IMG/VR virus record: IMGVR_UViG_3300021494_000060
Span: 1-54,815 of that record
Source: a virus
Taxonomy: Duplodnaviria; Caudoviricetes
Length of the DNA: 54,815 nt
Direction: 5' to 3' (one strand)
Shown here: positions 46,758 to 54,815 of the stretch, in pieces
Numbering within the stretch: position 1 is the first letter of the stretch
How the letters are laid out: the number at the start of each line of letters is the position of its first letter
The notes under the pieces: model-generated
Database searches by the model: none
What the model was told of the DNA's origin: nothing
The model's input: the letters and a program-made list of their open reading frames with translations, nothing else
Made by a program: the position numbers and the translations under genes

Positions 46758-49700
46758 ATGGCTTCTCTCGCAAAATGTTTAGATCTTGCTAAGATAAAAA
46801 CTCCCGAATCAAAATTAATCAAAGCCAAAGCAAAATCTTTGATGTCTGAAGGCTATACTGAAAAAGAAGCTAACGAAAAGGTTATTAAAGATACCATTGA
46901 AGATTTAAACAGGGAATGGCAGGATATTGTTAATCAGGTAGAAAAAATAACAGGCAAGAAGTTTAAAACAAAAGAGGTTATAGGGGCTTACCCCTATAAA
47001 GGAGAAAAATATGCTGCCGATCATGTTAGAGAACAAAAACGGGAAAAAGCAAAGGTTGAACCTCCTGAGAAACGCATTGGAGAAAAAGAATCCAAAACTG
47101 TTCCAACAGTTAAAGAAAAATTTGCAACTGAAGAAATTCCTGAACGAAAGAGAGAACCAGTTGATGTCAGTGTTCAGGAAAGAAGAAGAAAAACTCCTGT
47201 CAAACCTGTCAAAAAAGCCGATAAGCAATCCGCTCCGGTGGGAACAAAAGTACCGAGCGGAACTGCTGAGAATATGGGAGTTGACCCTGCAAACGTTTCT
47301 GGAGTTCTAAAAAGAGACCATGTCATAGCTCATGGAGACCTTGAAAGAAAAAGATCATGGCTTGGAGTTGCTGAAGATAATCTTGCTGCGATTGAAACTG
47401 CAAAGAAAATAATAAGTGAAAACAGACCTGCAACATTAAAAGAACAGTCGATTCTTGCAAAATACGTTGGCTGGGGAGCTTCAGAACTTGCAAACAATAT
47501 GTTCCCTGGTGTCTCATTTCGTGGCAAGCTATCTCCCCAATGGGCAGAACAAAAATGGAAGCCTCTTGTTGAACAACTGCAAAATATCCTGACTCCTGAA
47601 GAAATAATACAGGCTGCAAGAAGTACACAGTATGCTCACTATACAAGCGAACAGGTCATTCGTTCAATTTATAATGTTCTTGAAAAGTTTGGTGTAAAAC
47701 ATGCTAAATTTCTTGAACCAGGCATGGGTATTGGTAATTTTATAGGATTAATGCCTGCTTCTTTCAGAAAACGAAGTTCATTTACGGGCATTGAGAGAGA
47801 TTCTGTAACAGCTGATATTGCGAACCTTTTATATCCTAACCAGAACATTTTAAAGTCTGATTTTATCAAACAGGCACTTCCGAAAGATTTTTTTGATATT
47901 GCAATTGGAAATCCTCCTTTTTCTCAAACAAAAATTCTTGAAGACCCTGAATATAAAAAATACCGTTTATCTACACATAATTATTTTTTTGCAAAGGCTC
48001 TTGACCGTGTCAGACCAGGCGGTCTGCTTGTTTTTGTTACAAGCCGTTATACAATGGATTCAAAAAATGAAGCGGGCAGAAAATATATATCCGAACGGGC
48101 AAACCTGATAGGCGCAATCAGGCTTCCACAAACGGCTTTTAAAAAAAATGCCGGCACTGAAGTTGTTACAGATATTCTTTTTCTGCAAAGAAAGGATGAA
48201 GATATCCCAGCAGGTCAAGCATGGGCAAACATTAAAGAAGTAAAAGTTGATAAAGACCTTGCATATAATAGAATTAACACAGCAGAAATTAATGAATATT
48301 ATATCAAGCATCCTGAGATGGTTCTTGGCAGGCATTCATGCCGCGGCGGCATACACGCAAAAGACGGCTACACTGTAGAACAAGGCACTGAAAGTATAGA
48401 TAAGTTATTTGAAAGAGCAGTAAAAAAATTACCTGAAAACATTTATAAACCGCAAATTGCAAAAAACAAGAAAAAAACGGAAGTAACCGAAATTCTTGAA
48501 AGAGATTTTAACCCGAAAATTACACACGAGGGGGGAATATATCTTTCAGAAAAAAACCAGTTAATGATTACGGAAAAAGGTATTGGAAAACCGATAACCG
48601 GATTATCCGCAAAAAACACCGAGTTTCTCAAAGATTATATTCTGTTAAGAGATGCCCTGAAATTATCACATAAAGCACAGTTGGAAAATAAAGACTGGGA
48701 AAAAGCTTTAGAAGATTTAAATAAACAGTATGATTCATTTGTTAAAAAACATGGCAGAATTAAAAGTTATAAATTATTTACAAGGAAACAAAAACAACCG
48801 GACGGAACAGTAAGAAAATTTACCGAAAAACGGTATAAAAATTTATCGTTATTAAAAAAAGATGTTGAATATACAAGAATACTGACTCTTGAAAAAGAAA
48901 CAGTTGATGGCGAACTGATAAAATCAGAAGTTCTGACACGCAGAACAGTCAATAAACCTGTAACGCCCGAAATAAAAACAGTAGCAGATGCACTTGCTGT
49001 TTCTTTAAGCCAGACAGGAAAACTTGATATAGAACATATTGCTGATCTTGTAAAAGAAAAAGACACAGCTAAAATAATAAAAGATTTAGGAGATTTGATC
49101 TATAAAGTTCCGGGAACTAATAACTATATTCTTGCAGATGAATATCTGTCTGGTAATGTCGTAAGAAAATTAAACGAAGCCATAGAAGCTGCCAGGATAG
49201 ATTCTGAATTTAACAGGAATGTAAAAGCTTTGCAAAAAGTACAGCCTAAACCGTTAGCGCCGAAAGATATTACAGTTACATTAGGCGCAACATGGATTCC
49301 GCTTAAATATTACAACCAGTTTGCAGCAGAAGTTATTGAACTGCCCGGAGTTAAGATATCGTACCGGACAGCAAATAATTCATGGGGAATTGATGGTGAT
49401 TTTACTGCACAAAGTTTAAGAGGAAGACCTGGTTATACATGGAGCACGGAAGATCGTGGAGCAAATGAAATCCTTGATGCTGTTCTTAATAATAAAACTA
49501 TAAAGGTGAAAGGTAAAGACCCTGAAACAAATGCAGTCTTTGTTGATAAAGGAGCTACTGCCGCTGCTCTTGATAAGGCAAGGGAGATGAAAACGCGGTT
49601 CAGAACATGGATATGGGAAGATTCTGACAGGGCAAAAAATTTATTGGATATCTATAATACCAAGATCAATGTTTTAAAAGGCAGGGAGTTTGACGGTTCG

Positions 49701-52700
49701 CATTTGTTGTTGCCAGGTTTCAACGAAACAATAACGCCTTATGATTATCAGAAAAATGTTATCTGGAGAATATTGCAAGATGGCAACGTATATATAGCAC
49801 ATGCGGTTGGTGCTGGGAAAACCCTGAGCATGATTGCTGCTGGTATGGAATTGTTACGTTTAGGACTTTCAAAGAAATTATTATATACAGTTCCTAAACA
49901 TATGCTGACTCAATTTGCAGCAGAGTTTCAAACATTCTATCCCCTTGCAAATGTTCTTGTTGCTGATGAAACAACTTTTGCAAAAGAAAACAGGCGTAAA
50001 TTCTTAGCCAAAGCAGTGTATAATGATATTGATGCAATTGTTATGGGGCATTCAACATTTAAATTGCTAAATATCGGCGAAAAAGCCGTTGCTCCTGTCC
50101 GTGATGCTTTTATAAATGACATGCGTGAAACGCTTGAAATTATGAGAGAAGAAAAAGAAGCGAAATTTAAAATAAAACAGTTTGAAAAAAGCATTGAAGC
50201 AGCAGAACAAAGGTTTAATTCTTTAATTTCAACAAAAAAAGATATTGTTTCCTTTGAAGAACTCGGGGTTGATTTCATGTTTGTTGATGAAGCCCATGAG
50301 TTCAGAAAGCTTGATTTTGTTACAAACCGCAAAATGAAAGGAATAGATCCGCACGGTTCTAAAGGTGCGCTCGGCCTTTATATTAAAACACTTTATCTTG
50401 AAAAACAGAATCCAGGCCGAAGTCATGTTTTTGCTTCAGGAACACCGATTGTAAATACAATAGGAGAATTATATACTGTTCAGAAGTTCTTTGGCCTTGA
50501 ACAACTGGAAGAAGATGGAATATCTCATTTTGACGCATGGGCGAACATGTTTGGCGAAGCTGTTACTGATATAGAAATCACAGCATCAGGAGAATTTGAA
50601 CAGGTAGAAAGATTCGCAAATTTCGTAAATGTACCGGAAATGATGACAAGAGTAAAAATGTATATGGATACTCTTACTTCTGTTCAATTAGGAGAATATA
50701 TCAAGAGACCGAAAATAAAAGGCGGTAAACCAGAATTAACTCTTGCAAAACCTGATGAAGTTTTGCTGGATTATCAGAAAAATGTTTTACAGCCAAGAAT
50801 TAAAGCGAGCCGGAAATGGAAACCATCTCGCGATGAAAAAGGCAATCCTGATCCTTTAATTAATATAATTACTGATGGCAGGCTGGCTTCTATAGATATG
50901 AGATACATAGATAATACTTTGCCAAATAATCCTCAGAGTAAGTTGAATAAATATATTGATGGTATAATAAAGACATATTATGAAACCAAAGATATGGAGT
51001 TCGCTTCTGAATATGGCGGTGAAGATATATCACCGCGTAAAGGCGGCACGCAAATATGTTTTTATAACACTGGTTTTGGTAAAGCAGTAAAGGAGCGCAG
51101 GGGTTTTGATTCACGCAGTTTTTTAATGCAGAGATTAAAAGATGCCGGTATTCCCGAAAAAGAAGTCGCATGGATTTCCGATTATTCAGAAACACAAAAA
51201 GCAGTTCTGTTTAAAAATATTAGACAAGGGAAAATTCGTATTTTATTGGGTTCTGCAAAACAGATGGGAACAGGGTTAAATATTCAGAACAGGCTTACTG
51301 ACCTGCATTATTTGGATGCCCCCTGGTATCCGGCAGATGTTGAACAGCCTGAAGGAAGGATAATAAGGCAGGGTAACCAAAATGAAGAAATTAGAATCCA
51401 TAGATATGCCACTGAAAAAGGCTATGACGCAGCTATGTGGGGAATGGTTGCCCGGAAATCAAATGCAATAGATCAGGCATTGGCAGGTGATGAAAATGTA
51501 CGGACTATTGAAGATATATCAAAAACAAGTCAGTATGCTACTGCATCTGCGCTTGCATCCGGTGATCAAAGAGCCATTCAGCTTGCAAAATTAAACTCGG
51601 AGATTGAAAAGCTGCATTTGCTTAAAAAGGCGCATAGTGATGAACAAACTAAGCTTATGGTTTCCAACAGAAACAAAACTCTTGAATTAGAAGGATTAAA
51701 ATCAAGGCTGGAAGATTTTAAAAAAATAGAAAAAACTTTACCTGAACATATAGGTATTGAAATAGATGGTGTTATTGAAGAAAAACATTTTACTGTACGG
51801 AAAGATTTTGGGAACGCATTATTAAAGAAAACATTAAAGCTTGCAAAAGAAAAAAATACTGAAAATATTAAGATAGGTTCTGTATCCGGTATTGATATTA
51901 TTTTTAACGGCAAAAACCTGTATATGTATCTTGAAAAAGATAGTTTCAAGATTGGATATTTAAATCTTAAGTGGTCAGGGATAAAAAATGTTATGGAAGC
52001 TGACCCAGCCGGATTGCTCCGCAAGATTACAAATATAATAAACAATGCTTCTGAGACCGGACAGAATTTAAAAACGGAAATAGAAGAAAAAGAAGACGAT
52101 ATTGTAAGAATTAAAAAAAGACTCGGCATACCATTTCCGCATGAAAAAGAATATGTTGATAAAGTAGCGAAAGCAGCAACTTTAAGAGCTGAACTAATAG
52201 AAGAACAGCAGAAAGAACAACAACCGGCTGTTGAAGAAACGCCGGAAGCCTTTGAAATAAGCAAAAAAGAAAAATCAGGAGTTTCACTATCTGTTGAAGA
52301 TATAAGACAAGTTTTTGCTAAAATGAAAAATGTTGAATCCGGCATTAATGAAAACGGTAACGTCTGGTTTCAATTTAAAGGATTCAAAAAATTCACCATT
52401 CTTACAGTTGATTCCATCAATAACCTTGTTGGCCTCTATGACGGTAAAGTAAGAACCGGTGCATTTGTACCAAATAAACAGCAGATATGGTTAAAAACAG
52501 GTATAGAAGAAGGCAAACCAGCTGCTGATATTGGAACTGTTCACCATGAAAACTGGCATCTATATAAAAAAATGGGTGTTGTATCAAAAGCCGATGAATG
52601 GGCAATTGCAAGAGCTTTAAGAAAACAGGGCCATACTGGAGCAATAACGGAAGAACATCAGGCTGAATTTATAGCAGATGCAATAAAAAACAGGTTAGAA

Positions 52701-54815
52701 CAGACCGGACAAATAGCTAAACTTGTCCAGAAACTGATTGATTTCTTAGACGCTGTTATTAATTTGGTTCATACAACCGCAAGAGGAGTTATTCGTAAAG
52801 CTGAAACGGGAACGATTGTAAAACAGAACGTAATGGAAAAAGAGTCTGAAGCAATATCTGAAACAGTATCTATTTCTTCTGAACCTCTTTTTGAGATGGC
52901 GGGCAGGAAAGCTTTTGGCGCTCCGCTTGGAAAACTTTCAGAAGCACAAAAAATGCTCGATGAAGGAGTTGCCCCCGAAGAAGTCTGGGGAAAAACAGGC
53001 TGGCTTAAAACTCCTGCAAACAAAAATAATACGGAAACATGGAAATGGGAAATAGATGACAGTAAATCAAAAATAAAGCCTGCAAAACAATGGTATCGTG
53101 AAGCATTAAAACATGAAGCAAGGCTTGAAAATGTTATTGAGCATCCTGAACTGTTTGCAGCATATCCAATGCTGAAAGATATAAAACTTGCTGTAACCGG
53201 CATAAAAAATGCAAAAGCCTTTTATTCGCATAAAAACAACCTTATAGGTTTAGGCGCATGGGCAAAGAATGTAAAATCACCTAACTGGAAAACTTTGCGG
53301 GCTTCATTGCTGCATGAAATTCAGCATGCCATTCAAAGAATAGAAGGATTTGCGCCTGGTGGAAGTCCTAAAACAATACATGTAAATTCCATTCTTACAG
53401 GGGATGAAAATATAGGACAGTTCGGACGCATGATGGATGAACTCCTGCTCGAAGGAAAAACAATGGATTCCCCTGAAATATCTGCAATCATGGAAGAAAG
53501 AGAAAACTATGTTGATAAAGTACTTATAAAAAAATATGGAAAAGATTACGGCAAACAAATATATAAACGCTTGATGGGTGAAATAGAAGCAAGAGACGCT
53601 GCTGATCGTATTGGATTAACAATGCAGCAGCGAAGAGATATAATGCCGTATAAATTACAGGGTATTCCTGAAGATGAATGGATTGTAATTGACAGCCAGA
53701 ATGGTTCAAGCTTTGAAATAAAAGAACAAATACAATACGAAACCAAGCCGGATAATGAAGACATTATTCCGCAGGAAGATACTTTTTTTCAAAAAAGTAT
53801 GGACATGATTATAGGGGCATGGAAGAAAAGAGGGGTTAAAGCAGAAAAAGAAAAAAAACAGCTTAACTGGCTTGAGCATCATTTTGGAACAACAATGTTT
53901 AATGCAAAGCATATTGGCGGAGCTTATGAAAGATTCTATAACGAAATCAGAAAACTCGGCACATACAAGTTTCAAAAACAGAACGAATTAAGACAGGAAG
54001 GAGAAAACTCTTTATTCCAAACTCTGGTTGATCTGAAAAAACGGTCTAAGAAGGATTATGAAATACTTCAAAAATATCTTGTCCAAAGAGATATTGATGC
54101 AATTGGTTACAAGGTAAGCTTTGACAGCGAAAGTAAAAAATTCATTGTTAAAAATACTCAGGATGAAATAATTGCTGCTGAATCAAACAGGGATAAAGCA
54201 TGGTTAACAGCATTTCAGGCTGAAGCTGCTGAATTAACCGAATGGCCGGATATGGCAAAACATGCCTTGATTGATTTCAGGAAAATGACCCGAAATTTAT
54301 TTAAACATTATATTAAAGGCATGGAAGATATAATAAAAATGGCAAAAATGGCAGGGAAACCAGTGCCAAAAGTAAAAACCATTAAAGACGGAAAGATTGT
54401 TAAAATAAGCCTGAAAACTGCTATGCAAAAGATGGGCGGCCGGCAGGGATATTATTTCCCGCGCATAAGAGAGTCCGGTGAATGGAGAGTTGAAGGCAAA
54501 AAGTCTGGTGTTCCAAGTGAGCTTAAATTCTTTCCGGCTAAATTACAAGCAAAACAGTACATGCAATCTCTTGAAAGGAAAGGATATACAACAAAATTTA
54601 CTCATAAGGGTTCATTTTCAGAAGATTTATTCCAGACACTTGCACCGCTGTTAGCACAGGAACAGATGATAAACAGTGTAATGGAAAATATGGCAAAAAA
54701 CGAAGATTTTGATAGTGCTTTTGCTGAAGTTTTTATTACTCAATATGCAAATGAATTAAAAGGGCATGGCTCTCGCGCAAGGATGATCGGCCGTTCTGAT
54801 GCAACAGGCATTGAC
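46758..54815 (+). CDS. Giant DarB-like protein: N6-adenine methyltransferase, SNF2 helicase, zincin / LPD23-like domains (about 3281 aa including 2-2554)
   Basis: In-frame motifs YVGWG (47463), LEPGMGIG (47712), GNPPF (47907), HAVGAGKT (49800), VDEAH (50283), GRIIRQGN, HHENWH (52542), WKWEIDDS (53040), HEIQH (53313). The track lists no ORF in this frame, consistent with no stop before the window end. Confidence 0.9.
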   Translation, partial: MASLAKCLDLAKIKTPESKLIKAKAKSLMSEGYTEKEANEKVIKDTIEDLNREWQDIVNQVEKITGKKFKTKEVIGAYPYKGEKYAADHVREQKREKAKVEPPEKRIGEKESKTVPTVKEKFATEEIPERKREPVDVSVQERRRKTPVKPVKKADKQSAPVGTKVPSGTAENMGVDPANVSGVLKRDHVIAHGDLERKRSWLGVAEDNLAAIETAKKIISENRPATLKEQSILAKYVGWGASELANNMFPGVSFRGKLSPQWAEQKWKPLVEQLQNILTPEEIIQAARSTQYAHYTSEQVIRSIYNVLEKFGVKHAKFLEPGMGIGNFIGLMPASFRKRSSFTGIERDSVTADIANLLYPNQNILKSDFIKQALPKDFFDIAIGNPPFSQTKILEDPEYKKYRLSTHNYFFAKALDRVRPGGLLVFVTSRYTMDSKNEAGRKYISERANLIGAIRLPQTAFKKNAGTEVVTDILFLQRKDEDIPAGQAWANIKEVKVDKDLAYNRINTAEINEYYIKHPEMVLGRHSCRGGIHAKDGYTVEQGTESIDKLFERAVKKLPENIYKPQIAKNKKKTEVTEILERDFNPKITHEGGIYLSEKNQLMITEKGIGKPITGLSAKNTEFLKDYILLRDALKLSHKAQLENKDWEKALEDLNKQYDSFVKKHGRIKSYKLFTRKQKQPDGTVRKFTEKRYKNLSLLKKDVEYTRILTLEKETVDGELIKSEVLTRRTVNKPVTPEIKTVADALAVSLSQTGKLDIEHIADLVKEKDTAKIIKDLGDLIYKVPGTNNYILADEYLSGNVVRKLNEAIEAARIDSEFNRNVKALQKVQPKPLAPKDITVTLGATWIPLKYYNQFAAEVIELPGVKISYRTANNSWGIDGDFTAQSLRGRPGYTWSTEDRGANEILDAVLNNKTIKVKGKDPETNAVFVDKGATAAALDKAREMKTRFRTWIWEDSDRAKNLLDIYNTKINVLKGREFDGSHLLLPGFNETITPYDYQKNVIWRILQDGNVYIAHAVGAGKTLSMIAAGMELLRLGLSKKLLYTVPKHMLTQFAAEFQTFYPLANVLVADETTFAKENRRKFLAKAVYNDIDAIVMGHSTFKLLNIGEKAVAPVRDAFINDMRETLEIMREEKEAKFKIKQFEKSIEAAEQRFNSLISTKKDIVSFEELGVDFMFVDEAHEFRKLDFVTNRKMKGIDPHGSKGALGLYIKTLYLEKQNPGRSHVFASGTPIVNTIGELYTVQKFFGLEQLEEDGISHFDAWANMFGEAVTDIEITASGEFEQVERFANFVNVPEMMTRVKMYMDTLTSVQLGEYIKRPKIKGGKPELTLAKPDEVLLDYQKNVLQPRIKASRKWKPSRDEKGNPDPLINIITDGRLASIDMRYIDNTLPNNPQSKLNKYIDGIIKTYYETKDMEFASEYGGEDISPRKGGTQICFYNTGFGKAVKERRGFDSRSFLMQRLKDAGIPEKEVAWISDYSETQKAVLFKNIRQGKIRILLGSAKQMGTGLNIQNRLTDLHYLDAPWYPADVEQPEGRIIRQGNQNEEIRIHRYATEKGYDAAMWGMVARKSNAIDQALAGDENVRTIEDISKTSQYATASALASGDQRAIQLAKLNSEIEKLHLLKKAHSDEQTKLMVSNRNKTLELEGLKSRLEDFKKIEKTLPEHIGIEIDGVIEEKHFTVRKDFGNALLKKTLKLAKEKNTENIKIGSVSGIDIIFNGKNLYMYLEKDSFKIGYLNLKWSGIKNVMEADPAGLLRKITNIINNASETGQNLKTEIEEKEDDIVRIKKRLGIPFPHEKEYVDKVAKAATLRAELIEEQQKEQQPAVEETPEAFEISKKEKSGVSLSVEDIRQVFAKMKNVESGINENGNVWFQFKGFKKFTILTVDSINNLVGLYDGKVRTGAFVPNKQQIWLKTGIEEGKPAADIGTVHHENWHLYKKMGVVSKADEWAIARALRKQGHTGAITEEHQAEFIADAIKNRLEQTGQIAKLVQKLIDFLDAVINLVHTTARGVIRKAETGTIVKQNVMEKESEAISETVSISSEPLFEMAGRKAFGAPLGKLSEAQKMLDEGVAPEEVWGKTGWLKTPANKNNTETWKWEIDDSKSKIKPAKQWYREALKHEARLENVIEHPELFAAYPMLKDIKLAVTGIKNAKAFYSHKNNLIGLGAWAKNVKSPNWKTLRASLLHEIQHAIQRIEGFAPGGSPKTIHVNSILTGDENIGQFGRMMDELLLEGKTMDSPEISAIMEERENYVDKVLIKKYGKDYGKQIYKRLMGEIEARDAADRIGLTMQQRRDIMPYKLQGIPEDEWIVIDSQNGSSFEIKEQIQYETKPDNEDIIPQEDTFFQKSMDMIIGAWKKRGVKAEKEKKQLNWLEHHFGTTMFNAKHIGGAYERFYNEIRKLGTYKFQKQNELRQEGENSLFQTLVDLKKRSKKDYEILQKYLVQRDIDAIGYKVSFDSESKKFIVKNTQDEIIAAESNRDKAWLTAFQAEAAELTEWPDMAKHALIDFRKMTRNLFKHYIKGMEDIIKMAKMAGKPVPKVKTIKDGKIVKISLKTAMQKMGGRQGYYFPRIRESGEWRVEGKKSGVPSELKFFPAKLQAKQYMQSLERKGYTTKFTHKGSFSEDLFQTLAPLLAQEQMINSVMENMAKNEDFDSAFAEVFITQYANELKGHGSRARMIGRSDATGID
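47011..47310 (+). CDS. Candidate nested gene in the +1 frame of the giant ORF
   Basis: AAAGGAG-AAAAAT-ATG RBS; 99-aa amphipathic helical product. Confidence 0.45.
   Translation: MLPIMLENKNGKKQRLNLLRNALEKKNPKLFQQLKKNLQLKKFLNERENQLMSVFRKEEEKLLSNLSKKPISNPLRWEQKYRAELLRIWELTLQTFLEF
54050..54815. repeat. Terminal direct repeat, right copy
   Basis: Matches 1-766. Confidence 0.97.

Noticed and set aside
3427-47000. CRISPR array or mini-array made of the GGGG/CCCC repeats
   Set aside because: Units are dispersed or directly abutting, vary in loop sequence and lack regular 30-40-bp spacers.
46758-54815. Apparent 8-kb gene desert or alternative genetic code
   Set aside because: It is one standard-code ORF running off the window end; the short minus-strand ORFs there are shadows.

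Overview
The window is an essentially complete, circularly permuted dsDNA phage genome of about 54,049 bp: bases 1-766 recur at 54050-54815 with about 14 substitutions. It has two divergent arms. The minus-strand arm (about 22100 down to 3500) holds small early genes including a Csx16-like protein, then Cas4-like nuclease, Sak4-like ATPase, SSB-like and ERCC4 genes, a 170-bp inverted repeat next to a Rep-like gene, a DinG helicase, an intact tnpB-only IS element, an M15 peptidase, DUF4942, PyrE, a ParB/MT-A70 methylase and an atypical thymidylate synthase. The plus-strand arm (22542 through the end and round to 3420) is P22-like podoviral: TerS, TerL, portal, scaffold, coat, adaptor, two RCC1 propeller paralogues, ejection-like proteins, a LamG/His-repeat fibre and an approximately 3281-aa DarB-like methylase-helicase polyvalent protein that the ORF track misses because it wraps the ends. 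I found no integrase, repressor, DNA polymerase, tRNA or CRISPR array. The most notable signals are a phage-borne Csx16-like putative ring nuclease in an early cassette region with a sigma54-like promoter and a duplicated covarying RNA element, and a dispersed TAGGGG-loop-CCCCTA(A/T)AACCCC hairpin family that also sits in frame inside genes. All family assignments come from motif recognition by eye, not from database searches.
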